Source of the DNA: Alphaproteobacteria bacterium
GTDB lineage: Bacteria; Pseudomonadota; Alphaproteobacteria; BOG-932; Roseiterribacteraceae
DNA length: 64,000 bases
NCBI GenBank assembly: GCA_035293565.1
Contig: DATGMP010000092.1
Location: 14,538 to 78,537 of the forward strand
Reading direction: 5' to 3'
The notes under the pieces were generated by a model. It searched no databases and was not told the origin of the DNA. It saw only the letters and a list, made by a program, of their open reading frames with translations. Positions 18,381-27,650 of this stretch are shown here, piece by piece (within the stretch, counting starts at the first letter, position 1; each line of letters begins with the position of its first letter). A program made the position numbers and the translations under genes.

Positions 18381-19436
18381 TCAATGCCTGTAGCCCTGCC
18401 CATTCAGGCTCCCGCGTGAGCGGCCGCCCATGATCTGGCCGCGATATTCCTTGGGGCTGATGCCGACCCATGAGCGGACGGCGCGCACCAGGCCATTGCG
18501 CTCGGCGAAGCCGGCCCTGAGCGAGACCTCGCCGATCGGGATATCCGGTTCCGAGAGCCATTTGAGCACCATTTCGCGCCGGATCTCCTCCTTCAGCTGC
18601 CGGAAGCTGATGCCCTCGTCCTCCAGCCGCCGGCGCAACGTTTTGCTGCTGATATTGAACTCGAGCGCCAGGTCTTCGATCGAAAGGAGGCGCTCGGTCT
18701 TGATGAGGCACTCCTTCAGCTTGGTCTTGATCAGTGTCCGCCACGAGCGATGGACCCCGGGCACGGCCACCAGATCCACCTGTCTCATGAGAAAGCCTTC
18801 GCCCAGTTCCGCGAGGCTGCGGACGACTCGGCGCCGCAGAAACCGAGCGGGGAACTGCACCCGTGTTACCGGCTGGTGGAAATGGCAGGGTCCCCAAAAG
18901 GCTTCGGCATATTCCTCGACGGGCGCGCTAGGCTCATAAGGCAGATCGACGCGCAGCACCGGGATCTCTTCGCCGATCAGCCAGCTCGACACATGGGGCC
19001 ACAAGAGGAGCCACCATTCGTGGAGATAATGGAACCGGTCGAGCTCCGGGTGGGCGAGCGTCAACGTGATTGTCGCGACACCCGCTTCTTCGCGAAGCTC
19101 GAAGGACAGTTCGCCGGTGACGAAGGGATAGATGCGAAACGCCCTGTCCAGCGCTTCGCCCAGGGTGTTCTCGCGAACCATCGATTCGCAAACCATGGGC
19201 AGGCTTCCGGCTTTGCAACGTGTGCCGGCGAACCCGAAGAAATCGTCGTCCAACGCGGCTTTCAAGGCTCGGTTTAATCGAGTGAAGGCATCTGGACAGA
19301 TGACCGGGACATCCGGGGCGACCGTTGCAGGGTCAATCTCGGCCAAGCGGCAAATATCCGCCAGATCGTGACCCTGGGCTTCCGCCGCGGCGATCATCGC
19401 CCGCGCATAACGCGTGATGAGATTCGGTGCTCCCAT
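18381..19436 (-). CDS. AraC-family transcriptional regulator
   Basis: C-terminal double HTH LSIEDLALEFNISSKTLRRRLEDEGISFRQL..VSLRAGFAERNGLVRAVRSWVGISPKEYR. Lies directly upstream of the catabolic operon on the same strand. Confidence 0.88.
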   Translation of the reverse strand: MGAPNLITRYARAMIAAAEAQGHDLADICRLAEIDPATVAPDVPVICPDAFTRLNRALKAALDDDFFGFAGTRCKAGSLPMVCESMVRENTLGEALDRAFRIYPFVTGELSFELREEAGVATITLTLAHPELDRFHYLHEWWLLLWPHVSSWLIGEEIPVLRVDLPYEPSAPVEEYAEAFWGPCHFHQPVTRVQFPARFLRRRVVRSLAELGEGFLMRQVDLVAVPGVHRSWRTLIKTKLKECLIKTERLLSIEDLALEFNISSKTLRRRLEDEGISFRQLKEEIRREMVLKWLSEPDIPIGEVSLRAGFAERNGLVRAVRSWVGISPKEYRGQIMGGRSRGSLNGQGYRH

Positions 19437-19470
19437 AGTGTCCTCCCCGGCTCCTCTTCCCGTCTTCCCC

Positions 19471-20097
19471 TCACCGCCTTAGCGCGCCGACGATCTGGCG
19501 ACCGATCTCGGCAGGCCTGAGATCGCCGTCCGGCGAGTACCAGACGCCGGTGGCGTTGAGCGCGCCCAGGTAATGTTTCTGGAAGATTCGGCGATCGATG
19601 TCCGGCGGAAGCGGCAGCGCCGCGATGACGCCCTCCATCATGCGCTCGAACCGGTCGCGCTGCGCCACCAGCCGCCTGCGCACCGATGGATCGAGCCCCG
19701 GCGGAAACATTGGCGTCACCAGCACGCGAAAACCGGCGCGCCCGAGCAGAGCTTCGCAATGGGCGACGGCCGCGGCCTCGAGCCTATCCCAGGGATCCGC
19801 GATATCGGCGATCGCAGAGCGGACGGCATCGAAGATTTTCGACACGCTCGCATCCTGGACCGCGACGTAGAGTTCTTCCTTGGAGGCGAAATGGTAGTAG
19901 AGCGACCCCGACATCAGTCCGGCGGCAGCCGCGATGTCCCGCATCGATGTGGCCTCGAAGCCCTTCGTGGCGAACAGATCCGAGGCCGCGACCAGCACCT
20001 TTTGCCGGCGCGCTTCCGCTCGGGTGAGCTCGGCCGGCACCGTTTCTTCGGCCGGCTTCGGGAGATCGCGCGCCGCCGCAATCGCATTCATTGTCAT
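19471..20097 (-). CDS. TetR-family transcriptional regulator
   Basis: N-terminal HTH ASDLFATKGFEATSMRDIAAAAGLMSGSLYYHFASKEELY. Divergent from the ACAD gene. Confidence 0.88.
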   Translation of the reverse strand: MTMNAIAAARDLPKPAEETVPAELTRAEARRQKVLVAASDLFATKGFEATSMRDIAAAAGLMSGSLYYHFASKEELYVAVQDASVSKIFDAVRSAIADIADPWDRLEAAAVAHCEALLGRAGFRVLVTPMFPPGLDPSVRRRLVAQRDRFERMMEGVIAALPLPPDIDRRIFQKHYLGALNATGVWYSPDGDLRPAEIGRQIVGALRR

Positions 20098-20123
20098 GTT
20101 TCCCGTCGCGCCGTCTTGCTTTT

Positions 20124-20139
20124 TCTAACGATCGTTAGA
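20124..20139. promoter_or_regulatory. perfect 16-bp palindrome, candidate TetR operator
   Basis: TCTAACGATCGTTAGA is centred in the 93-nt divergent region between the TetR gene (start 20097) and the ACAD gene (start 20191). Confidence 0.55.
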
Positions 20140-20190
20140 TAGATTTTAGCCCACGCCCACCGGGCCGACAAGCTTTCCGGAGGATGACCG

Positions 20191-21330
20191 ATGCTGGATC
20201 CTGCCACAGCCGAAGAGCTGACGATCTTCCGCGACGCGACCCGCAAATTCGTGGATCGCGAGATCGTCCCGCATGCCGCGCGCTGGCGGGAGCAGGGAGT
20301 GGTCGACCGCGATCTGTGGCTGAAAGCGGGCGAGGCTGGGCTGCTCTGCGCGGGAATACCGGCCGAATATGGCGGCGCGGGCGGCAATTTCCGGCACGAG
20401 GCCGTGATCATCGATGAGTTGGCACGAGCCAATTTCGCCGATTTCGGCGAGCCGCTGCACAGCGCAATCGTCGCCCCCTACATCCAGCACTACGGGACCG
20501 AGGAGCAGCGGCGCCGCTGGCTGCCCAAGCTCGCCACCGGCCAGCTGATCGGGGCCATTGCGATGACCGAGCCGGGGGCGGGCTCGGACCTTCAAGGCGT
20601 GCGCACTTCGGCGAAGCTCGACGGCAATTCCTATGTGATCAACGGCCAGAAGGTCTTCATCACCAACGGCCAGCTCGCAAACTTCATCATCGTCGTCGCC
20701 AAGACGGATCCGGCGGCCGGAGGGAAGGGGATTTCGCTGCTGATCGTCGAGACCGAGGAGGTCGAGGGTTTTCGGCGCGGGCGCAATCTCGAGAAGGTGG
20801 GCTTCAAGGCGCAAGATACGTCGGAGCTGTTCTTCGACGATGTGCGGGTCCCGACGAGCAATCTCTTGGGGCCCGAGCCCAACAAGGGCTTCGTTCAGCT
20901 GATGGAGCAGCTGCCGCAAGAGCGGCTCATCATTGCGGTTCAAGCAGTCGGCGCGATGGAAACAGCGATCCGGCTGGCGACCGAATATGTCAAAGAGCGC
21001 AAGGCATTCGGGAAGACCATCTTCGACTTCCAGAATACGCGCTTCAAACTGGCCGAGGCCGCCACCGAAGCGAAGGTCGCTCGGGTATTCGTCGATTTCT
21101 GCATCGACGAGCTCGTGGCCGGCAGGCTCGACGTCGTCACCGCGGCGATGTCGAAATGGTGGACGACCGAAAAGCAGTGCCAGGTCGTCGACGAATGCCT
21201 GCAGCTTTTCGGCGGTTATGGCTATATGTCGGAATATCCGATCTCGACCATGTGGACCGACGCGCGCGTGCAGAAGATTTACGGCGGCACCAACGAGATC
21301 ATGAAAGAGCTGATCTCGCGCAGCCTTTGA
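20191..21330 (+). CDS. acyl-CoA dehydrogenase
   Basis: 379 aa with GAIAMTEPGAGSDL, FITNG and the C-terminal QLFGGYGYM..RVQKIYGGTNEIMKELI. Confidence 0.9.
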   Translation: MLDPATAEELTIFRDATRKFVDREIVPHAARWREQGVVDRDLWLKAGEAGLLCAGIPAEYGGAGGNFRHEAVIIDELARANFADFGEPLHSAIVAPYIQHYGTEEQRRRWLPKLATGQLIGAIAMTEPGAGSDLQGVRTSAKLDGNSYVINGQKVFITNGQLANFIIVVAKTDPAAGGKGISLLIVETEEVEGFRRGRNLEKVGFKAQDTSELFFDDVRVPTSNLLGPEPNKGFVQLMEQLPQERLIIAVQAVGAMETAIRLATEYVKERKAFGKTIFDFQNTRFKLAEAATEAKVARVFVDFCIDELVAGRLDVVTAAMSKWWTTEKQCQVVDECLQLFGGYGYMSEYPISTMWTDARVQKIYGGTNEIMKELISRSL

Positions 21331-21354
21331 CCCTTCGACAGATCGAGGAATTCC

Positions 21355-22686
21355 ATGACCATTCTCGAGATTTCGGAAACCCAGAAGGCCGCCGCGCTGG
21401 AGCACGTCGCCGCAGCGGAGCGCGCTGTGTGGAACATTCCGGATGTTCCGGCCTCCACGCCGGTCAGGCCGATCAATTCCGCCGCCATCATAGGCGCGGG
21501 TACGATGGGCGGCGGCATCTCGATGTCCTTCGCCAATGCCGGCATTCCCGTGATCGTGATCGATGTGGACGCAGCATCGCTCGATCGCGGCCTGTCGCGT
21601 ATCCGCGGCAATTACGCGGCGACGGTGTCGAAAGGCCGCCTCAGCCAAGCGCAGATGGATGAGCGCGTGGCGCTTCTGCGGTCTACAACCGACATCGCTG
21701 CGGTTGCTGACGCGGACATCGTCATCGAGGCGGTGTTCGAGCGCATCGATATCAAACTCGACATCTTCCGCAAGCTTGACCGGCTCGCCAAGCCGGGAGC
21801 GATCCTGGCCACGAATACATCGATGCTCGACGTCGACCGGATCGCCGCCGAGACGAAGCGCCCGCAAGACGTCCTGGGGACGCATTTCTTCAGCCCGGCG
21901 AACGTGATGAAGCTGCTGGAGGTCGTGCGCGGCGAGAAGACTGCGAAGGATGTGCTGGCGACCGTGATGTCGGTGGCCCGCAAGATCGGCAAGATTCCGG
22001 TCGCGGTCGGCGTCTGCGACGGTTTCGTCGGCAACCGGATGGTCGAGCAATATTTCCGCGAGGCCGAGTTCCTCGTCGCGGAGGGCGCAAGCCCGGCGCA
22101 GGTCGACAAGGCGCTCACCGATTACGGTCTTGCGATGGGACCCTTCGCCATGTCGGACATGGCGGGTGTCGATGTGCGCTGGGAGGTAGCGAAACGCAAC
22201 GGCGACCCGGGCGCCGGCGGAAAGCGCTACTCCGATCTCGTTGGCGCTCTGGGACGCATGGGCCGGTTCGGACAGAAGACCGGGGCCGGCTTTTATCGCT
22301 ATGAGCCCGGAAGTCGCGCGCCGATTCCGGACCCGGCGCTCGACGCTGTCTTCCAGGCCGAATCCGAACGCCAGGGCGTGAAGCGGCATGAGGTCGGGCC
22401 TGAGGAGATCGTGAAGCGCTGTCTCTATGCGTTGATCAACGAAGGCGCGGATATTCTCGAAGAGCGGATCGCCGCCAGGGCGGGCGACATTGACGTGATT
22501 TATGTGAATGGCTACGGCTTCCCCGCCTATCGCGGCGGACCGATGTTCGCAGCCGACCTGATCGGCCTCGACGCAGTGCATCGGGAGATCGAGCAGTTCC
22601 GCAACACCTTCGGCGATCATTGGCGCCCATCGCCGTTGCTGGCGCGCCTGGCGCGCGAGGGGAAGCGCTTCAACGATCCGACATGA
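21355..22686 (+). CDS. 3-hydroxyacyl-CoA dehydrogenase (NAD-binding)
   Basis: AAIIGAGTMGGGISMSFANAGIPVIVID Rossmann motif, then TNTSMLD and HFFSPANVMKLLEV. Confidence 0.88.
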   Translation: MTILEISETQKAAALEHVAAAERAVWNIPDVPASTPVRPINSAAIIGAGTMGGGISMSFANAGIPVIVIDVDAASLDRGLSRIRGNYAATVSKGRLSQAQMDERVALLRSTTDIAAVADADIVIEAVFERIDIKLDIFRKLDRLAKPGAILATNTSMLDVDRIAAETKRPQDVLGTHFFSPANVMKLLEVVRGEKTAKDVLATVMSVARKIGKIPVAVGVCDGFVGNRMVEQYFREAEFLVAEGASPAQVDKALTDYGLAMGPFAMSDMAGVDVRWEVAKRNGDPGAGGKRYSDLVGALGRMGRFGQKTGAGFYRYEPGSRAPIPDPALDAVFQAESERQGVKRHEVGPEEIVKRCLYALINEGADILEERIAARAGDIDVIYVNGYGFPAYRGGPMFAADLIGLDAVHREIEQFRNTFGDHWRPSPLLARLAREGKRFNDPT

Positions 22687-22693
22687 GGCTGCG

Positions 22694-23701
22694 ATGAAGC
22701 TGAGCTGGGCAGGGTTCAAGGACGAGGTTCCATTCCGCGAGCAGGTCAAAGCGATCGCGCCTTTGGGCTTCGACACGCTGGCCGTCACCGAGACCGGACA
22801 CGATCCGTTCATTCGCGCGGCCGTGGCGATCGAGCATACTGAGCGCATCGAGATCATGACCGGCATTGTCGTGGCCTTCGCGCGGACCCCGATGCTTCTG
22901 GCCTATGCGGCGCATGATCTGAACGCCTTATCGGGCGGCCGATTCATTCTGGGCTTGGGATCACAGGTGAAAGCCCATATCACCAAGCGCTTCGCCATGC
23001 CCTGGTCGGAACCGGCGGAGCGCATGCGCGAGATGATTCAGGCGGTCCATGCGATCTGGGATTGCTGGTATGACGGCAAGCCGCTCGATTTTCGCGGTCG
23101 CTTCTACAGTCATACGCTGATGACGCCCTACTTCACGCCGACGGACACGCGGTCCGGCCGGGCGAAGATTCATTTGGCCGCGGTTGGAACGCACATGACG
23201 AACGTGGCGGCCGAGGTTGCGGACGGTATGATCTGCCATCCGTTTACGACCGAGCGCTATGTGCGCGAGGTCACGATGCCTGCCATCGAGGCAGGCCTCA
23301 CGCAAACGGGCCGGCAGCGCGGGGATTTCGAGCTGACGGGTTTCCCGTTCGTGGCGACCGGGTGGAACGACGAAGCTCTCGAAAAATCGATTGCCGACAC
23401 GCGCCGGCAGATCGCGTTCTACGGCTCGACGCCCGCCTATCGCGGCGTGCTCGAGCTCCATGGATGGGGCGATCTCCAGACCGACCTGAATGCGCTTTCG
23501 AAGCAGGGCCGTTGGGAAGAGATGGGGCGGCTCATCGACGATCGGATCCTCGAAGCGTTCGCCGTGATCGGACGGCCCGAGGAGGCGGCTCGCGAGCTTC
23601 GTCGGAGGTTCGACGGCGCCTTCGACCGCATGTCGGTGAATTTCGCCCTGCAACCCGAAACCCTGCCGCCGATTCTCCAGCTGCTGCGACGCGGGACCTA
23701 A
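22694..23701 (+). CDS. luciferase-like (LLM class) flavin/F420-type oxidoreductase
   Basis: 335 aa with a TIM-barrel LLM pattern (GRFILGLGSQVKAHITKRF.., AAVGTHMTNVAAEVADG). Confidence 0.75.
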   Translation: MKLSWAGFKDEVPFREQVKAIAPLGFDTLAVTETGHDPFIRAAVAIEHTERIEIMTGIVVAFARTPMLLAYAAHDLNALSGGRFILGLGSQVKAHITKRFAMPWSEPAERMREMIQAVHAIWDCWYDGKPLDFRGRFYSHTLMTPYFTPTDTRSGRAKIHLAAVGTHMTNVAAEVADGMICHPFTTERYVREVTMPAIEAGLTQTGRQRGDFELTGFPFVATGWNDEALEKSIADTRRQIAFYGSTPAYRGVLELHGWGDLQTDLNALSKQGRWEEMGRLIDDRILEAFAVIGRPEEAARELRRRFDGAFDRMSVNFALQPETLPPILQLLRRGT

Positions 23702-23770
23702 CCGACAGGGTCGGCTAAGCTGAGCCGGCGACCGCGAGTCTTCGCGGTCCTCTCCAGTCGCCGCGGCTCC

Positions 23771-24898
23771 ATGATTTTCAAGCAGGCATTCGCCAAACCG
23801 CTTAGACCCGAAGATCTCCCGCGCACGGCGCGTTGGCTCGCGCTGCTGTTGATCTCGGCGATCCTCTGGGGGTTTCTCGACTTGGTGGGCGTGCCGGCTG
23901 CGTTGCTGCTCGGGCCCATGCTGGCCGGCATCATCATCGAAGCAGGTGGTGGTGCGGTTCGGGTGCCGCCTCTGCTCTACCTCGCGGCTCAGGCCGCGGT
24001 CGGCGGGTTTGTCGCGGGCGCCGTGCAGCCGACGATTCTATCGGTCATCGGCAGCGACTGGCCGCTCTTCGTGGGGCTGGTGATGTCGATGGTAGTCGTC
24101 ACCAGCCTGGCCGGCTGGCTGATGAGCCGCTGGCGGTTGCTGCCCGCGACGACCGCCGTTTGGGGCACATCGCCGGGCGCGGCGGCGACGATGATCATCA
24201 TGGCGGAGGCATTCGGGGCCGACATTCAGCTGGTCGCCTTCATGCAATATCTGCGCGTCGCGCTCATCGCCGTCGTGGCTTCGGTGATCGCCGGGCTATC
24301 GGGTCACGGCGGCGTGCTATCGCCTGCCCACGAGATGTTTTCCGCGCCCAAGGACTGGCGCGCCGTCGCCGAAACGCTGGCGCTGGTGGCGGTCGGCGGC
24401 TTCATTGGCAGCCGATCGCGCATTCCGGCCGGAACGCTGCTCGTGCCGATGGGGGCGGGGATTGCCCTTCACGCGGCGGGCTGGATCGCGATCGAGCTGC
24501 CGCGTCCGCTGATTGCCGCGAGCTATGCGCTGATCGGCTGGCGGATCGGCCTCGGCTTCACGCGGCCGATTCTCATTCACGCCGCGCGCGTGCTGCCGGT
24601 GATATTGGCATCGATCTTCGCCGCGATCACGTTCTCCGGGATACTCGCTCTGCTGCTGGCGAGATTCCTCGGCATGGACCTGTTGACCGCCTATCTCGCG
24701 ACGAGTCCGGGCGGCATGGATTCGATCGCTGTGATCGCGGCTTCGGCGCGCGTCGATCTGTCGTTCGTGATGGCGCTACAGACGGCACGATTCCTGATTG
24801 TGATGATTGTGGGTCCGCCGCTGGCGCGTTTCGTCGCCCGCCGCTCCGGTCGGCTCGCTACGCCCGGTCCGGAGGCGTCCGGCCAAACTATCCGATAG
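23771..24898 (+). CDS. AbrB-duplication family integral membrane protein
   Basis: 375 aa, highly hydrophobic, with two similar halves (GVPAALLLGPMLAG.. and IPAGTLLVPMGAG..). C-terminal SPGGMDSIAVIA. Confidence 0.7.
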   Translation: MIFKQAFAKPLRPEDLPRTARWLALLLISAILWGFLDLVGVPAALLLGPMLAGIIIEAGGGAVRVPPLLYLAAQAAVGGFVAGAVQPTILSVIGSDWPLFVGLVMSMVVVTSLAGWLMSRWRLLPATTAVWGTSPGAAATMIIMAEAFGADIQLVAFMQYLRVALIAVVASVIAGLSGHGGVLSPAHEMFSAPKDWRAVAETLALVAVGGFIGSRSRIPAGTLLVPMGAGIALHAAGWIAIELPRPLIAASYALIGWRIGLGFTRPILIHAARVLPVILASIFAAITFSGILALLLARFLGMDLLTAYLATSPGGMDSIAVIAASARVDLSFVMALQTARFLIVMIVGPPLARFVARRSGRLATPGPEASGQTIR

Positions 24899-25082
24899 GG
24901 AAGCCTAGGATCCGCGCCGATTGCGTGTAGCCGACATATGCTACGCCATGTCCATGATGTCGAGCGATGCGATCTTAAAAAACAATTTTGTCAGAATGTT
25001 TTTCTGTTAAGGTGCATCCGAAGCAGCCGACATACAGCGGCGCGGATGTCGATTGGCGCATCGGTGGAGAGCGGGGAAGGTC

Positions 25083-25862
25083 ATGCCAAAATTCGAGAGC
25101 TACGCCAACAAGTATAAGAATATTATATTGGATCGGCGTGACGGGATTCTGGAAGTCCGCGTTCATTCAAACGGTGGCCCGCTGAAATGGGGCGCGCTGG
25201 AGACCAGCGCGCACGCGCAGCTGGGCGAAGCCTTCTACAATATCGGTCGGGACCCCGAGAACCGCGTGGTCATCCTGACCGGTACCGGCGATACGTTTCT
25301 TGCCGAGTTCGACATGGAAGAGATCGGGATGGGTGGGGGCTCCATCGCCGAGTACTGGGACCGCATCTATGTCGAGGGCAAGGATCTGCTGATGAACTTG
25401 CTCGACATTCCGGTACCGGTGATCGGCGCGGTGAACGGACCGGCTTTCATCCATGCCGAGCTGGTCACCATGTCGGACATCGTGATCGCTTCGGAGAACG
25501 CAGCGTTCGCCGATCTCGCCCATTTCCCGGGCGGCACGGTGCCGGGCGATGGCGTCCATGTCTGGTGGGAGATGCTGCTCGGTGTGAACAGGTCGCGGTA
25601 TTTCCTGATGACCGGGCAGCAAATTCCAGCCAAAGAAGCGCTCGCTTTGGGCATCGTGAGCGAGGTCGTGCCGCGGAACGAACTGCTCGCGCGCGCACGC
25701 GCGTTGGCGCAGCAGCTGCTGAAGCAGCCACCGCTCGTTCTGCGCTATACGCGCACCGCCGTGACTCAGAACATCAAGCGTCGCATGCTCGATGATCTTG
25801 GCTACGGCCTGATGCTCGAGGGCATGGGCGTGATGGGCGCGTTTTGGCCGGGCTCCAAATAG
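25083..25862 (+). CDS. enoyl-CoA hydratase/isomerase family protein
   Basis: ATG at 25083 after GGGGAAGG. Motifs ILDRRDGILEVRV, VVILTGTGDTFLAEFD and PVIGAVNGPA. Confidence 0.8.
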   Translation: MPKFESYANKYKNIILDRRDGILEVRVHSNGGPLKWGALETSAHAQLGEAFYNIGRDPENRVVILTGTGDTFLAEFDMEEIGMGGGSIAEYWDRIYVEGKDLLMNLLDIPVPVIGAVNGPAFIHAELVTMSDIVIASENAAFADLAHFPGGTVPGDGVHVWWEMLLGVNRSRYFLMTGQQIPAKEALALGIVSEVVPRNELLARARALAQQLLKQPPLVLRYTRTAVTQNIKRRMLDDLGYGLMLEGMGVMGAFWPGSK

Positions 25863-25873
25863 CGGAGATGATC

Positions 25874-26662
25874 ATGGGCAAATTGGGCGGTAAGATCGCG
25901 CTCGTCACTGGCGCGGCATCGGGGATCGGCAAAGCTTCGGCGATTCTGTTCGCGCAAGAGGGGGCTGAGGTTGCGGTCGTGGATCGCGATCTGCAGGGCG
26001 CCAACGCGACGGTCGAGGAGATCACGAACGCGGGCGGCAAGGCGATCGCGATTGGGACGGATGTGTCCAAGAGCGCTGAAATTCAGCACATGATAGCAAC
26101 CACGGTCGAAAGCTTCGGTCGACTCGACATCGTCTTCAGCAATGCCGGCATCATGTCCTCCAGCCTTTTGCATCAAATGGCCGAGGAGGAATGGCACCGT
26201 GTGATTGCGATCAATCTCACGGCCGGCTTTCTGATCTGCAAATACGCGTTGCCGGAGCTGATGAAGCATGGCGGCGTAATCCTCTGCACGGCCTCGGTCG
26301 CGGGACTCGAAGGCCGTACTGCGCATGCCGCTTACGGCGCCAGCAAGGCCGGGCTGATCAACATGATCAGGAATGTCGCCATGGATTACGCGCGGTACAA
26401 TATCCGCGCCAATTGCCTCTGCCCCGGTGGCGTCCAGACGAATATCTCGAAGGAGGCGCTCAAGCACATGTCGCCTGCCTTGCTTGAGAGGTTGGCGAGA
26501 TGGTCCGCTGAGAATGTCCCGCAAGGCCGCGTCGCGATGCCGGAGGAGCTTGCGCGCGCTGCGCTCTTCCTGTGCTCGGACGACGCGTCCTATGTCACCG
26601 GAACCGCCATGGTGGTCGATGGCGGCTCGATCGCAGGCCATTTCATTCCGCTGGCCGAGTGA
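25874..26662 (+). CDS. short-chain dehydrogenase/reductase (SDR)
   Basis: GKIALVTGAASGIGKA, NAG, and YGASKAG catalytic Tyr-x3-Lys. GGAG lies 6 nt upstream of the ATG. Confidence 0.9.
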   Translation: MGKLGGKIALVTGAASGIGKASAILFAQEGAEVAVVDRDLQGANATVEEITNAGGKAIAIGTDVSKSAEIQHMIATTVESFGRLDIVFSNAGIMSSSLLHQMAEEEWHRVIAINLTAGFLICKYALPELMKHGGVILCTASVAGLEGRTAHAAYGASKAGLINMIRNVAMDYARYNIRANCLCPGGVQTNISKEALKHMSPALLERLARWSAENVPQGRVAMPEELARAALFLCSDDASYVTGTAMVVDGGSIAGHFIPLAE

Positions 26663-26689
26663 GCCGCGCATGTTCGGATTCCGTCTGCG

Positions 26690-27238
26690 TTACCGGTTTG
26701 GCGGCGAAGCCTCGTGAGGACGAGCGAGCTTCTTCACGATTTCTTGCGCGATATCGTCGGGCGGTACGCTGCCGCAGCGCACGACGATCGCCTGCTCGTC
26801 CTCGCCTGGCGGCTCGAGTGTGGCAAGCTGGCTGTCGAGCAGGCTTGCGGGCATGTAGTGGCCGCGACGCTGCGCAAGCCTTTTGGCGAGCTCCTTTCTT
26901 TCCGCCTCGAGGAACACGAAGCGGATTGTGGGCCCGGCGATGCTTCTCAGTCGGTCTCGATAGGCGCGTTTCAGTGCCGAACAGGCGATGATGATGCGGT
27001 GGCCGTTTTGGAGCGAGTCAGCGAGCGCATGGCCGACACGGTCCAACCATGGCCATCGATCCTCATCCTCGAGGGGAATGCCTGAGCGCATCTTGGAGAT
27101 GCTTTCGGGCGAGTGCAGCGTGTCGCCTTCGACGAAGGTTGCCCCGAGCCGTCGGGCAAGCAGCGCGCCGACGGTCGACTTGCCGCTGCCGCTTACGCCC
27201 ATTAGCACGATCGCGAGTTTTTCGTTGGATGAAGTCAT
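26690..27238 (-). CDS. gntK: gluconokinase
   Basis: 182 aa with P-loop GVSGSGKSTVG, then FVEGDTLHSPESISKMRSGIPLEDEDRWPWL, typical of the GntK/IdnK family. Confidence 0.85.
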   Translation of the reverse strand: MTSSNEKLAIVLMGVSGSGKSTVGALLARRLGATFVEGDTLHSPESISKMRSGIPLEDEDRWPWLDRVGHALADSLQNGHRIIIACSALKRAYRDRLRSIAGPTIRFVFLEAERKELAKRLAQRRGHYMPASLLDSQLATLEPPGEDEQAIVVRCGSVPPDDIAQEIVKKLARPHEASPPNR

Positions 27239-27310
27239 GGCGCGCGGAATAGAACGATATCATATCAACCACGGCAGCGGGCGATAGGGTCCGGACCAAA
27301 GGAGGTCGTC

Positions 27311-27597
27311 ATGAGCAAGGACATGGAAGAGGCACCCGGCACGCTCCATCTCGGCCCTCGGCGCATTCCGATGCCTCCGACGATCAGTGCGTTCGCGCAG
27401 CGATTTATGGCGGAGAGCACCCTGCGGATGGAGGCCATGCTCGCCGCCGCCAAACCAGAGGCGTCAAACCAGAGGCGCCAGACCGGCCGCTCGATCCGGC
27501 AGATTGGAAGCAACGCATCGCGATGATCGACAAACGCTTCGATCCGGTGGCCGACCAGATGCTCAAGTCGGTGCTGGCCCGTCAGGTTACATTATGA
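27311..27597 (+). pseudogene. remnant of an alpha/beta-hydrolase-like gene (frameshifted by a 14-bp tandem duplication and 3'-truncated)
   Basis: Strong RBS AAAGGAGG before the ATG at 27311. Tandem caaaccagaggcgt/caaaccagaggcgc at 27451-27478 shifts the frame. Removing one copy gives a 91-aa ORF ending at 27597. Family resemblance is weak. Confidence 0.35.
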
Positions 27598-27650
27598 TAG
27601 CAATGTTTTGAAGAGAGCGCAAAGCTCGCGGGGGCAGGGAAGGAAGGCCG

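Noticed and set aside
20146-22866. 906-aa reverse-strand ORF, the longest in the track.
   Set aside because: It lies exactly antisense to the well-supported ACAD and HADH genes and crosses their intergenic gap. Its composition is dominated by Arg/Ala/Gly/Asp/His/Leu with no recognisable motifs. Stop codons are rare in antisense frames of GC-rich coding DNA, so I treat it as a shadow ORF.
24921-25070. Imperfect ~45-nt direct repeat flanking an AT-rich core upstream of the crotonase gene (agccgacata...gatgtcga... at ~24938 and ~25024).
   Set aside because: Only two short identical blocks (10 and 8 nt) with indels between them. I could not establish significance by eye. It may just be promoter-region low complexity.
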